From Callorhinchus milii (Eukaryota), in contig NW_024704742.1 in NCBI RefSeq assembly GCF_018977255.1, forward strand, positions 78,060,001 to 78,124,000: a DNA stretch of 64,000 bases, in the 5' to 3' direction. A program made the translations under genes and the position numbers. Below, one piece after another: positions 23,701-38,700 of this stretch (position 1 is its first letter; each line of letters begins with the position of its first letter). Under the pieces are notes generated by a model. The model had not been told where the DNA came from, did no database searches, and saw nothing but the letters and a program-made list of their open reading frames with translations.

Positions 23701-26700
23701 CCGCCAGCCAGGTGAGAAAAAAATAATAATTCTTGCATTTGCAATGGTGTCTGTCTTTCATGTTTTTGGACATCTCAAAGCACTTCTCGGCATTTTTAAT
23801 TTAAAGGATGGTGACTGTGTAATTTATAGGTGAAAGTGGTAGTCTGTCAACTCTCAGCAATGTTGCACAAGTAACCATTAAGTGAATGACAAACTTTATC
23901 TGGGAGATTGTGCTGGAATACTGGGAGAAACACCCTTCTCCTTTTGAATAGTGTTAAGGGATATTTAAAGTGTCCCTGAACCAGCAGATAAGTTTAACAT
24001 ATCATCTGACAGATGGAATCTTCAACAATGCAGCTCTCTCTGACTACTGTATTGAAGTTTCAGCCTAAAAATACCAACATGGGGTTCAAACCCACAACCT
24101 TCTGATTCAGGATGAAATACCACTTACTGAGTTGGGCAGACTTGTCTATGACACCATAAGGTTAACTATTACTAACATTGGTTTGATTTTTTTGCCAAAT
24201 TCTCCCTGTTTCTGAAGGCATTTGACTATTTTTTTGGAATATGGTTCCACAGGTGCCTGTTTACATGTACCTTGCCCAAATGGCCACAATTCAAATATCA
24301 GGCTTCACAGTGAGCCCAATATGCTATTTTATCAGACTTTCCTCACCCGAGTGCTTTCTTTCAACAGGAGTCAAGTGCCTGGGATCCTGTCTGAGTCTTG
24401 ATGTTGTTGCAGTTAATTTCCTTTTTTTATTATTATTAATGACCTATTCAATACTATTTAAAAAGAATAATACCTATTTAATAATAAAGTGTGGTGACTG
24501 CAGTGATGGACTTGTTTTGTGTTGAACTGAAGGCATTTTTTTTTCACAAGATAAGACATAAACAAACCCTAAAAAAGAGTTTACATGCCTTTATTCTGAA
24601 GGCGAGAAACCTTTTTTTTATATCTTCACATGTAATACACAGGTTTTGTTTTTGTTTTTCAGGAATGTATTAACATAGGATTTGAAGCGGCAAATATGTT
24701 TGGAGAAATATTTGAAGTTTTTCGGATTTTCTATAATGAAAATGAAAGTCTTGATTTAGAAATTTTCAAAAGCGATGAACATGGTACGTTTGTGAAATGT
24801 AGACACAAAATTTGAGTGTCGACAGCACATGCTTTCAGTATACTATAACCTGATACAGTTGCTTCCACACTGGATGCAATGATTTATGTGCTGCAGGTCA
24901 TTAGAATGACTGCAGAGGGGAGAAGGTTTGGTTTGAATAGTGGGAATATAGAGATAAAATATCTGACTCATGATGGTATGATGGGCTGAATGGCTTCTTT
25001 CCGCGCTGTAAATTTCTGTGGTTCTATTGTTTTTTTTCAGGTCTGACCTTCATTTTCTGTTGGATATTATGAATGTTCTTCCTTATTCTTAAATTCTCTT
25101 ATTCCTTTATTTTTCATATTTCTGTACTCTTTTAATTCACTTCCACTTTCAACATATCTACTTTTTGTTTTGCTTTTAAATTTGATAATATTAGATATTT
25201 GATAATATCGATGTTTATTTTACCTTTTGTTACAATATTTACATTTTTAGGGATCTTTTTGAAAACAAAATTGACCAACTTCCAGATTGTAAAATCACCA
25301 TGGTTGTAGGCTGTGAATACGAACTACATATAGTGCTGTACAGGACGTGACGTTAGTTTCCGCCACTCCCTTCTCGAACCCCTCCAATCGGGCTGTCATG
25401 CCGCCCACAGCACAGAAGCAGCCCTGGTTAAAGTGACAAATGACATTCTGTTCATCTGCGACCAGGGCTCCCTCTGCCTCCTCGTCCTCCTTGACCTCTC
25501 TGCTGCTTTCGACACTGTTGACCACTCTATCCTCATCCACCGCCTCTCCTCTCACCTTAACCTCCACGGCGCTGTCCTTGACTGGTTCCGATCGTACCTC
25601 TCACACCGCCTGCACTTCAGCTCCTCAAATGACTTCTCCTCTAACCCCTAGACTGTCTCCTGTGGCATTCCTCAGGGCTCTGTCCTTGGTCCCCTCTTCA
25701 ATATCTATATGCTCCCTCCTGGTGACATCATCCGCAGACATGGGGTCAACTTCCACATGTACGTGGATGACACCCAACTGTACCTCTCTGCCTCCACCCT
25801 TGACTCCAGGACCACTGTTGTCCTGACAGAATGTCTGTCAGACATCACCTCAGGCGCTGACAGCATCACCATCCATGGTTGCACACTCCACCTTGCTTAG
25901 CCAGTCCAGAACCCGGGGCCTTGATTGAGTCTCAACTGTCCTTTCTACCCCACATCTGTGCCATGACCCGCTCTGCCTTCCCCCACTTCCGCAACGTCGC
26001 CTGGCTCTGATACCGTCTCACACCGCAGTCCACCGAAACCCTCATACGTGCCTTCATTACATCAAGGCTCGACTATGCAAACTCATTGCTTGTCGGCCTC
26101 CCCAATTTCTCCGTCCACAGGCTGCAGATCATCCATAACTCTGCAGCCTGTATCCTCTCCCACACTAGGCTCCCCATCCTTGCCCAACTCCACTGGCTTC
26201 CCATCACACAGAAGATCCAGTTCAAGATCCTGGTCCTCAGCTTCAATTCCCTCCAGGATCTTGCTCCCCCCAAACTCTCTGACCTCCTAAACCCCTACCT
26301 CCCTGTTCGCTCCCTCCGCTCAGCGGGCTCCGGCTTGCTTCACGTCCCCTACCTTGCTCGCCCCACTATTGGCGGGTGGTCCTTCTGCCACTCTTCACCC
26401 ACCCTTTGGAACTCCATCCTGCAGTCCCTCTTTGTCGCCCCCTCCCTCGCCACCTTCAAAATCCACCTCAAGACCCTCCTCTTCAACCGTGCTTTTGATC
26501 TCCCTGCTTCCCCCCAATGCCCTCCACCCTCCCCCACCCGACCTCCAGCTCGGGTCTGTGACTCTGTCAGTCCAGCGCCTTGGGATGTCCTCCCGACGTG
26601 AAAGGCCCTATACAAATCAATTTTGTTGTTGATGTTGTGACCCTTATGATCTGGAAATTGGCCATTTTTTAGTTGAAAAGAATAGCAAATATATTAAAAA

Positions 26701-29700
26701 TGTTTGATGATGGGAATTTATTTTCCTTGATTTGGAGAAAATTGAAAAAGCATTGATAACTGATTTTACAATTGGGAACTGTCAAGTCTGATTAATTTTA
26801 AATGAATGGGTTCCATGGTTTCAAGTTTCAATAGATTGTTTTTTTGTATCAGAAAAGGTTTCCTTACATTTTTTATGGCACAGAATATTATTATGAAAGA
26901 TGTAATTCAGTTGTGAAGTGCACTATCAGATTCTAAAACCAAAGTCTGCTCTTTCCTGTTATTCAGATGTTAGTTATTTTGCGGAGTCATTGGAAAAGTA
27001 CCATCAGCAGCACCATGATGCAGTGAGCATTAAGCAGAAGAAAAACTTAGGATTGTTGCTGATAGATAACACCAAACTCAAGAACAAAGTAATCCCTTCT
27101 CCTCTACGTTGCATTGAGGTAAATATGATTTCTCTGCAGAGTCAAAATTCCTTTTGGTTTTTTTTGAACGCTGATCATAGATATTAAAGGCTTTAAAAGC
27201 TCTATTGTGAAATGTTTGGGGATTTATCTACATGATTCTCAATGGATGTGGACTCACAACGCGAACCCTCCCATAAATTTAGCAAGTATTGGTTGTTTCA
27301 CTGAGAGAGTGTGAATTGGAGGCTGTTATGCAGAAAGCACCCAGTGCATGATGAATGGGGTCCATAGTGCTACCGTGTTATAACTGAATTTGAGCGTGGT
27401 ATAATGGGGCTGCAATGCAATAGGAAAGAGCAGAGCATTACATTACATCCAATCATGCTTCATCCCTGACACGGAGTGTTCCAAATTAGTAAGTGTTATA
27501 TTTTCCAACACTAAATTCCTTCATTATCCTTGCATAAAACTGATCAAAAATATTTTTACAATACCCTACACCTTTTATTAAGGTGTATTTGCTTCATAAC
27601 ACACATACATTAGAGAAAGTTTTATGTTAAAAAAGATTAGCAGATTTGTTTGGGACAACTTGCACTGAACAAAACAGTTTCACTTTGGCTTTTCTATTTG
27701 TCTTTTTTATTGAGGAGAGAACCTTGGGATTGCTCGGCACTTCCTCATGATGACTGAATGAGATTTGGATCTGATTATGTGGGGAACAGATATAAAGCAG
27801 TGCCATTCTATACTACAGGGTTTTCCAATACTTCCTATTTCAAGTATAAACTTCATAAATGCTGTCTCATATTTTTAGATCGTTAGTAACAATGAAACAA
27901 CATAAACAGAAGATAATTAAGTGATAAACTTGGCCCTTTGACTTTACTGTGAGTGAATAATTTAAAACTAAAGATCTTATTGACATCATTATTGCAACTT
28001 AAATTTCAATGCAGTAATTGAGTGGGTTAGATTTTTAAACTCAGCATTTGGTTTTAACTGCTGAATTTTCCATGGTTAACCAATCTATTAATAACATTAT
28101 CGAGCATTATTTAAATTACTTACTATTATTTCTTGATGTGATCACATTTGGCAAACAAGTATACAGTGGAATCCGCTTTAGGGGAACGGCGGTTAATCCT
28201 AGACACTGAAAATCGAACAAAAGGCCTGGCCCCGATTCATTTGTATTTTTATCTGTTTTAAATATAACGGTTGATTCGGCTAAAAATCTGGTTAATCTGG
28301 TCCAAATACTGTGCTGGTCACCGCTGAATTTACTCACTTGAATTCTCTGTGTCGAGTGGCTTCAGGATGGAGATGGAAGGTGTCTAAGATTGATTGACAG
28401 TGGACTCCAACCATTCAAAAGCAGCTGAAGTTGTTCTGTCAATCAGTGAGGGGGTGAGGGCGGAGAAACAGAGAAGAACAAGGTAGGGAATGGGAGGAGT
28501 CAAATCGTGATTGATTACCAGCTGAACAGCTTGTGAATGGCTGGAGCCCAAACATTTACAAGCGGCTCCAAGGCTATCAATCACCTCAGCGCTGCTGCTA
28601 AATGGTTTTCATCCAATGGAAATGGGAGGAAAGAAGCTCTGCCTCTCCACTGCTTGGTGGGAAGAGGTAAGAGAACTTTGGCTAACCTCAAATTCCTCTT
28701 AAAACCAAAATGGTCATCCCCGATGTGTCTGGCTTAACAAGCATCCACTGTATTTCAACGTCTGCTATTAGTTTTTCCAACTTGTTAAAAATGACTAGAA
28801 CTATTAAAAATGGTTATCGGAAACAATTCGAATTCAGTTGAATAATTTGTTTATCATTATCTGTATTATATTATATTTGGTTTATTTGATGACATAACAA
28901 AGCTACTTTCATAGGATTGCACGTATGCTGATCCAAATTGGTAAAGTAGGAACATGAAACATGTATAGGGGAATGATGTCTAATTTGTTTTGTCTAAAAT
29001 TAGATGATGTGTGATTTCATTTAACAGTTTGATGACTGTCTCATGATTCTGATCTCTTACATGAATTATTTTTTGTAGGCTATTAATGACCTGCTTCCAG
29101 TTCTCGCGAAAAAGAAGACAGATGCTATGATAGCTGAGTCACAGGATGCACAGTTTAAACTTGAAATTATCCCAACTAATACCATGGAATTTGTGAACAG
29201 TTTGCTATTTCTGGATGAGATACAAGAGAGGGTATGCTTGGAAAACTTGGATAATCTGATGTAAAATGAATACTATTGAAGTCTGAACCATTTTCTGCCC
29301 TTGGCATGATGTTTACCATCACACATCATTGTGACCTACAGAGTAGGGAATGGTATGAGCTGCAGAGTTCTCCACAAGTACTGTAGCTCGCCTCACAAGC
29401 GAGAGACTTGGGTTCGATTCCCGGCAGGGTGAAACGTTGGGCAAGTTTCCTTACTCTACATTGCCTCTGTTTACCTAGCAGTAAGTAGGAATCTGGTTGT
29501 TAGTCGATTGGAGGATCACTTTTCTGGGGATAATAATTCCTTCAAAAAATGAAAACTAATAATAAATTGGTCACTTCAATCTAAGACTGTTTGTGGGACA
29601 CTGCTGTGCATAATTGGTTGCCATGATTCGCCCACAAAATATAAAGTCAATTCACTTTACAGTATATTCTGTGAAGTGCTTTGAGATGTTTCGAAGACAT

Positions 29701-32700
29701 GATAAAGCACTATATCAAATGCAAGGATTAGTATTAGTACTATCTTTGTTATTCCATAATATTGTTTCAGAAGGTTCAACAACCTGCTTTGCATGTCACC
29801 TGACAATCTGTCTGAGAACTGTTAAAATTCACAGTAATGCGTAGTCCAAGATTTGAGATTGAATAATCTTAGGTCTTTCAGTTATTGTAAATGAATAACA
29901 TTATTTGAATAAATTATCCTTTTCAGAATTAATGGCTATTCAAAAATAGTTCTAAAACATTATGATTGATGATTGTTCTCAGATTAATTACACAAGAGAT
30001 TTAATTTAGCTTTATTCCAAACACTTTGCACAATTTATAAAACCTACATGCTGTCACTGTTTAAGAACATAAGAATTAGGAGCAGGAGTAGGCCCTTCGA
30101 CCCCTCGAGTGTGCCCCACCATTTGATACGATCATGGCTGATCTTCAGACCTAACTCTAATTACCTGCCCTATCCCCATATCCCCTAATCCCTCTATTTT
30201 TAAAATATCTATCCGTCTCAGCCTTGAAGATGGTCAAGGACTGAGCATCTACAGCCTTCTGGGGTAGTGAATTCCATAAATTCACTACCCTCTGAGTGAA
30301 GAAATGTTTCCTCAACTCTGTTCTAAAAGGCTGACCCTTAACTTTAAGACTGTGACCCCTGGTTATAGATTCTCCTACCAGGGGAAACAGACCCTCAGTG
30401 TCTACTTTATCAGCCCTTTAAGAATCTTATATGTTTCAATAAGATCTCCCCTAATTCTTCTGTACTCTAGAGAATACAGCCCTAGTTTATTCAGCCTATC
30501 CTCATAGGTCAGTCCCCTCATCCCAGGAACTAACCGAGTGAATCTACGCTGCACCCCCTCGAGGGCAAGTATGTCCTTTTTTAAATAAGGAGACCAAAAC
30601 TGCACACAATACTCTAGGTGCGGTCTCCCCAAGGCCCTATACAGTTGCAGCAAGACTTCCCTATTCTTGTACTCTAAACCTTTTGCAATGAACGCTACCA
30701 TGCTGTTCGCCTTCTTAGTTGCTTGCTGCACCTGCAGACTAACTTTTTGAGACTGGTGTACAAGGACACCCAAATCCCTCTGAAACACTAACACTATCTA
30801 ATCTCCCCCTCTAGAAAATAATCTGTTTTTCTATTTTTTCTACCTAGGTGAATAACTTCAGACTTGCCTACATTAAATTGCATCTGCCACCTACTCGCCC
30901 ACTCCCCTCGCCTATCGATATCCTGTTGCAATCTTTTTGCATCATCCTCAGAGCTTATTCTCCCACCTAGTTTAGTATCAACCGCGAATTTAGAAACGTT
31001 ACATTCAATGTCCTCGTCTGGATCATTGATGTAAATTGTAAATAGCTGAGGCCCAAGCACTGATCCTTGTGGCACTCCACTAGTCACATCCTGCCAATTC
31101 GAGAATGACCCGTTTATCCCTACTCTCTGTTTTCTACCCGTTAGCCACTCTTCAATCCAAGCTAATATGTTCCCATTAATCACGTGGCCTTAACCTTGTG
31201 CAATAGCCTTTTGTGTGGCACTTTGTCAAATGCCTTTTTAAAATCTAAATATACTACATCTACTGATTCCCCCCTATCTAACCTGCTAGATACATCTTCA
31301 AAATATTCTAAAAGATTAGTTAAGCATGACTTCCCTTAATTGCTCTTATGGTGATGATATTTTTGAGTTTGTTTGAAACATTATAATTTAAATGCAAGCT
31401 ACTATGTGTATCTTGTGATTTGGTGTTTAAATGACTAAGTAGAATCAATGTCACAATAGAGGTTGCAAATATCTTTTGTTTAGATGCATCTATTAGTTAT
31501 TTGAATATATCACATACTTGTACAATGGGTCTGTGACCTAACATTATGAAGCAATATGATATAACATACTAAAACGTTCAGTAAGGCTTATAGAAAAATA
31601 ATTAGTTTAATAACACAAAGACTCAAAATTTTCTTATTTAGATTGAAGTTTTAGACGAAGAAGCCAACATTATAGTACAGATGTATGAACTCATTGATGA
31701 GTTTCGTGTTCCTACACCTCCTGAAGACCTGGCTGTATTTGCGACTCTGAAACCTTCATTAGTAGCAGTTCGCAGCATTATTGATAGAGCTGTGAGTGAA
31801 AGAGACAAGAATATTGGGAAATTCTGTCAGCATCTAGATAAAGACATAGCCCTTTTGAATGAAGAAGTCAAAACAGTGAAACTACAAGCACAGGTACCTT
31901 GATATACTTTCTCTGTTTTAATCCTTAGCTCTAATTCTGTATTTAATATTGCTTTTAATTCCTTTTTTTATCACTTTGTTTTTATGTATCAGTGTAAATT
32001 TTAGGAGGAGTCCTGTAGCATATTGGTAGATCACTCACCTCTCAAGCGAGAGGACCCAGGTTCGATTCCCGGGCAGAGTAAAACCTTAGGCAAGTTTCCT
32101 TATTCCAACGCCTCTGTTTACCAGCAGCAAGTAGGAACCTGGTTGTTAGTCGATTGGCGGATCGCTTTTCTGGGGTTAATAATAAAAAAATAATAATTTG
32201 GTCACTTCAATCCACGACTGTTTGTGGGACACTGCTGTGCTCAATTGGCTGTTGAGTTTCAACCACAAATATACAGTCAATTCACTTTACAATATAATCT
32301 GTGAAACGCTTTTGAGACGTCTCGAAGACATGATAGGGCGATATATCAAATGCATTGATTATTATTATTAGATTGTTGTGTCATAAAAACCTAAGCTTGG
32401 AGTTTTTTTTCAAATTAAAACTGAATCGTATCTGTGGTGTAATGTGGCACCCCTCAGGAGCCCCTCACCTCTATAACCCAATGTTTTGTTAGTCCACATA
32501 AATTCCTTTTCGGCAGATACTTTACTACTGGTAAGTGAACAGTTGGTTACCAAAGTCATATCAACTGAGAATTACTGAGTTATTCAAATTGAACTGGTGC
32601 TGATATGAGTGTCTTTCCCTTAACTAACAGATAACGCTTCCATGCATTAAAATCGCCAAGACCATCAACTCACTGTTTTAAAACAAAACCGTGATAGAAT

Positions 32701-35700
32701 GGTGTAGGGTGGGTATTTCAGGAAGAATGATAACAAATAGGCCAGAAAGCTTTCTTCATCTGAAACTGTCTTGTGATCTTGTGAAAAAATACTTGTGCTT
32801 TAAGGGGTAAAACACAAGTTTTCTCTTACATTTCCTGATGCAGCTAATTCCTGATATCAGTTTGAAAAGTACTGAATCCTAGTAGTTGTGCAGGGGCAGA
32901 GGCCAGGTCTAGATCACTAGATGTGTAGTACAAGGAGGCTTAAAGGAGGAGAACGTAAACAAAATGAAGGGAAAAATCCAGATAGTCTATCCATTAATTT
33001 GGTTTAGCAATTGAAGCTCTTTTTAATGGTTATTTCTGTATCGTACTTCCTGCTTTTTTATTCTATCGATTTATTCTGCTCTTGTTGTTTATGCTTGATA
33101 GGATCCTCAGATTTTAGAAATTTCATCTGACAAGATGAGGGTGAAGGATGTGCTCCAAACCATGCAGACTACAATGGATGAGCTACAGAAACGTGCATTT
33201 GAGTATAAATTGTATCAGAAGAACTTCAAGGTAACTATCTCTGGTTACTACTGATATTCCTTTATTTATCTATTATTTACAGTTTCCTCCCAAAATTTGA
33301 TATAGAGGTACCTGCATCTAATTGTCAATTAATGTGCTACAGTATCTGAGAGCAATAATTTTCTAATCCCAAAGTTGCAGTCGATGTTTCATTGCACTAG
33401 AGCTATGTTTATTATACAATGGAAGTTTGAAGGAAAGCCAGTACCCCTGTATGCTTACTTAGTTTGGAGACAGTTCTATAAACTTTTACAAAAGTGCAAC
33501 ACAGTATCTGGAATCCCGAATTTGTTTAAGTGAAGTGTCTTTGTCAATGTTTTACAATATGTCTGTTTTATTGACTTTTAACATTTTTACATATCTAGGT
33601 TGAAGTAACTAAATTTGAAATGTTAGAAGAAGTGCATGCTGAGCTGAAACTAAAGCAGCTTCTTTGGAATTCGCTGGATGAATGGGATCTTCTTGTGGAG
33701 GAATGGATGCAGGTATTCTATTATTGTTATATTGTAATATATACAATTGTTCAACATACTTCACCTAACTAACTGGGAGACTGAACTGTGGGTGGAGTGG
33801 GGTGAAATGAGACTGGAAGTGTGGTCAAAAGATAAGTCTTAAGGCAGGCTTTGAGAGTGGAGACGGACTACGTGAGGCTAACAGACTCTGCGATGGAGTT
33901 CCAGAGAGTGGGATAGAGTGACTGAAAGCTCATCTGCTCGTAATGGGTCAGATCAGGCGAGGGACTTTCATATGCCTAAAATCTCCGACATAACAGGTAT
34001 CAATTAAATACATAATTTGCATAGTAAGGATAGCTATTTGTTCAAATTTCCTTAAATTATGCAGTTTTTGATGGGGAATTTTTTCAGAGACTTCAACATC
34101 ATGATTCAATATCATGATTTGAACATCTTCAGACTCCATTTTTATGATGAGTCCAAAATGTTTAATTCAATTTAATTATAAACTTCAACATATCTAAGTA
34201 GAAGAAAAAGGTTGGATTTTCCTAAAATGTCAGCTTTCATTTGCTGGTATTGGATAAATACCCTAGTTGGTGAATAATTGTCCACATTGCCTTTTCCCTG
34301 TTGATTTCTGGACATAGGAATAAAGCCACCGTCTTAAGTTTTACAAAATTAATTGTTGTTTTTGTTTTACACAGCTTAAATTTGAAACACTGGATGCGGA
34401 AGAATTGAGTGCTCAAGTGGGAAAGTACAGCAAGTTCGTAAATCAGCTCGAAAAAGGTCTTCCACCAAATACTGTGGCAGTGAAACTAAAAGAAAATGTG
34501 GATAAGATGAAACAAAAGGTATTACCTTTTCCTGAATCTGTAGTTGCAAAGCAAGAATTTATTGGTGCTTCTAGCATACTGCAAATTATTTTTGTGCCTA
34601 AATATGCAGATATTTTTTCACTGTAAGTTTGCAATAGAAATCCTTATGTTTAGCCGTTTGCATTTTTTTATTGTCAAAGAAATTTGCACACAGCCTCAGT
34701 GGGGTGCAGATTCAATTTACAGTGGAGCCATATTTTAATGCTTATGGAATCTTCCACCTTGCCATAATATCTTCATATTGGATACATTCCAAATGGGACT
34801 GATGCAAAAGAAAGCTTAAATAATAGTTTATTCGTTTCTCATGGAGCTATTTAACTATTGAACTCCATGACCCATTGTAACTAAATATTTAAAATATATT
34901 ACTAAAAAAACTATGAATTTTGGTAATAGAATTACTCTGGTTTAGCATCATGTTTATCTTTATATTTAGTAATCTTCCCGCTTAAGGGTTGCAATATTGG
35001 TACAAAGTTATATTTACGATACATGTCCAAATGAATAGCTGAGATGGAACTTGGAACTATCTTTGAGAATTGGGATGTGTGGGTTTTGAGTATTTAGTTA
35101 TAAGAGCTATATGGCTAGTAGGAAAATGGTGCTATTTTCCTTCCCCTCCTGCAGGTGAATGAATTCTGAAATGAAGGATTATATTCTAATGTGAATGTAT
35201 TAAGGACTTTAATTTTTAATCTTGGTAATGAAATTACCCAATGTCTTGGGATGTCCTCCTGACGTGAAAGGCGCTGTACAAATGTAATTTATTGTTGTTA
35301 CTGTTTAATTTATTGTGACTTTTGCAGCTTCCTGTAATCATGGATTTAAGAAACCCATGCCTGAAACACCGTCACTGGGAATTGGTGGAACATGCTGTTG
35401 GTGCTAAACTCATTGACATGATGGAACCTCTAACTCTGGCTCAATTTATAGAGCTTAATGTTTTTAATTATTCTGAAGCAATTCAGGAGATATCAGGCCA
35501 GGCCTCTGGTGAAACTGCTTTGGAGACTATATTGAAAAAGGTGAGAGAATTTTCAATTAAAATGCTAAATTACAATTAATTTGTGATGCCACTAGCAGAA
35601 TGTGCATTACAAGCTGGTAATCCAAGCTAGTAATCCAAAACTCAGATGTTTCTTTGATATCACAAGAGTTATTACTATAATAATAATCCTTACATTTTAT

Positions 35701-38700
35701 AATAATTTTTGCATTTGATATAGTGCCTTGTCCCGTCGTTGAGACATCTCAAAGCACTTCATAGAACACACTGCAAAGTGTATGTTTTGTGGGTGAAACC
35801 GGGGGTAATCAGTTTGTGCACAGCAATGTCCCACAAACAGCTGTGTAGGGAGTGACCAATTTTATTAGTAGAATGTGTTCTGGGTTGCACTTCCAATTTT
35901 GGCTTCAATAGATCTGCCACCACCTTGTTGTTGTTATTGTTTATAGATGCTGATTGTGCATTTTCAGCATTCTTGCTATTTTTGTGACTGAAAATTTTGG
36001 GGGTTCTGCTTTACTTTTGCAAACCAGATAGGCCTGTTCTAATTCTTCTCAAGAACTGGTGGATCGAATGCACCTAAAGACAATGTGGTAGAAACAATAT
36101 TAATATAATAGAGAGCACAAGTGCCACCAAACACTATTCTATCGAGAATACAGGGGATTTCTGATGCAGCCACTACTGAACCACATACATCATCTTAGCT
36201 CTTAGATATTATTTGTTCTGTGGCACAATAAGTTATTTCTTCCTGATCGTGTATGGGAAATGTCGGAATGAATATTTATTTGATACTATAAAGCAATATT
36301 TTGAGCTGCCAATTAATCAAATCACCCTGGATATATAAATACATTATTAATAAATATGCATATTCTCACTTGAAAACTTTTATTGGCTTTGATGACATCT
36401 TATCTTTAACATTGTTTTATGAAAATATCTATTTTAGGTAGAAGATGCATGGAAAATTACTGAGTTTCCTGTGCTTCTTCATCGTGATTCCAAAGATGTT
36501 TTTATTCTTGGTGGCACTGAAGAAATTCAGGTAACAAATATTATTTGGCAAATGATGTAATACATCCTTCAGAACAAAGCCAGCACCTATTGGTGCGAGG
36601 CATCACAGGTAAGCAGGATCTTGTTCCTACCAAATGTTCAAACATGGCTGGACTGTGATCAGGAAAGGATAGATACTCTAACCATTTTTCGAACCCCTCC
36701 AACCAAGGACAATAAAGCCAATTACAACACTTCCATTCCACTGCAGACTTGTAAAAGGAATAGTGACCTTTCTAGTCAGTATTAACCAATATCTACCATG
36801 GTAGAGTGCATATGCATTTGGGTTCACCATCGCTCTGCAGTTTACTTTTTTCTTATCTCCCCATGCCATGCACCAGTTCTCAATAAGAAAGGCAGGACAA
36901 CACTTTCTCTTAAGAATTCTGACAAAAGTGCTCTTGAGGTAGTTACATCATTTGGTTACAGATTTTTCCTCCTTCCCTTACTTGAGCTCAAATGACATGG
37001 CAGAAGTTGAAACCTTTGAGGACAAATTGCAGATGTAAACTTAATTCTGCAAGTTTTTTAAGTAAACTTAAATGCTCCACAGTATTGCCAAAATATTTTA
37101 AGTTGGCTCGAAATGGCACAGTTAAAAGCTTGCTAAAAGGACACTGTTGGTTGTGCCTAGAACACCTATATTAGAAATTAGCCTGAATTATCGTCAACTG
37201 TTCTTTTGGACTTTATTACAAATGCTCTAAACAGGAAATACATCTATGCATCAACAATCGAAAATGCAAAACTTAAAAAATAATATTGCTGACTTTTACT
37301 GAAATTTCTGGAAAAATGTGAAGATGACTGAAGGAAATATAAGTTCCATAAAAATGGAAATCAAAGTTTGTAAACTAAGAGACGTAGTCCTGTGTAACAA
37401 ATACAAGGGTTTATGACTCAATTTCAAAGATTTAAATTCAATATGTTGTTAAAAAAACATTTCTTTATAATAGGCCTTGTTGGATGATAGCATTATCAAT
37501 GTATCAACTATAGCCTCCTCACGCTATGTTGGACCTATCAAACCTCGTGTTGATGATTGGCAAAGACTTCTCTCACTTTTCAGTCAAACTTTGGTGAGTA
37601 TTCTAGCCCTTGTAATGGAATTGGAATAATGTACCTTTGGTTACAGTAAGGAGTCCCCATTTGTGAGACTTAGATTCCTTATTAAGGAATCACTTATACT
37701 GTATAAAATTTCTTATTGTGGGATCTTGTTAAGAAATACCACTCATTAGGCCACATGTTTTACTTTTGAATTCAAAGGTAAGCTTTTAACGATGGATCCC
37801 TGTTCTGATTAAAATGTAAAAAGCGAATTATAGTGTGGGATTTTTCATTTCAGATCATCTTGAGCATTTTTGTTTGCACTTCCTAGAGATAAAACAAAAG
37901 CCTAAAACCAGGTAACCTGGTACCCAAACTGTTGTGAAATGAATATGTTGAGTAGAGGAGAAAAACAAATACTGTATAATCACGTACTTTTCTAAATTTT
38001 ATGTTAGGATGAATGGTTGACATGTCAACGCAACTGGTTGTACCTAGAGAGTATATTCAGTGCTCCAGACATTCAACGACAGCTGCCAGCAGAGGCAAGG
38101 ATGTTCACCCAGGTGGATAAATCCTGGAAGGAAATCATGAGAAGAGTAAATCGCCTACCTATTGCTCTGAGGGCAGCCACTCAACCTGGTACAAAAACTA
38201 TGTGGATCATTAAATCTGTCTCTTTGGTTTAAGTATGCTATGAAGAATGTGTTTGCAAACAGATGTAATTGATGACAGTTGAGCAACTTCTACTTGAACT
38301 AATTTCACTAACTGTTGCTTGTCAAGGCTCATTTCACTACTGTTTGAGAAATGAAACAGAGAAAGCACAATAAATTGAGAGGGTGATTTTGAGCATTAAA
38401 AGTGTGGAAATTGTAAAAGAAAAGAAAACTAAGCGGGAGGAGCGGTTCTGCAGTTTTGAGATCCTTGAGAAGTTTGATTGCAATCTAAATGCAAGGAGGA
38501 TAAAGAGAATACATACTTTAGCCATTGCATCCCTAACTACTGGAACTCCTTGCTTCTCTCCCTCTGTCTCACCACCTCTTTATCTATCGTTAAATACCAT
38601 CTGAAAACTGATTTTGAACATGCCTATGGTCACCTCTCCTCTCTTCGTCCTTGCTTGGGGTCTAACCCCACTGCTCTACAGTGCTCTGAAACGTTCTTAT

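Noticed and set aside
30402..31183. Active reverse transcriptase gene antisense to DNAH6
   Set aside because: 5'-truncated CR1 with a broken frame and a mutated catalytic motif (FAVD)
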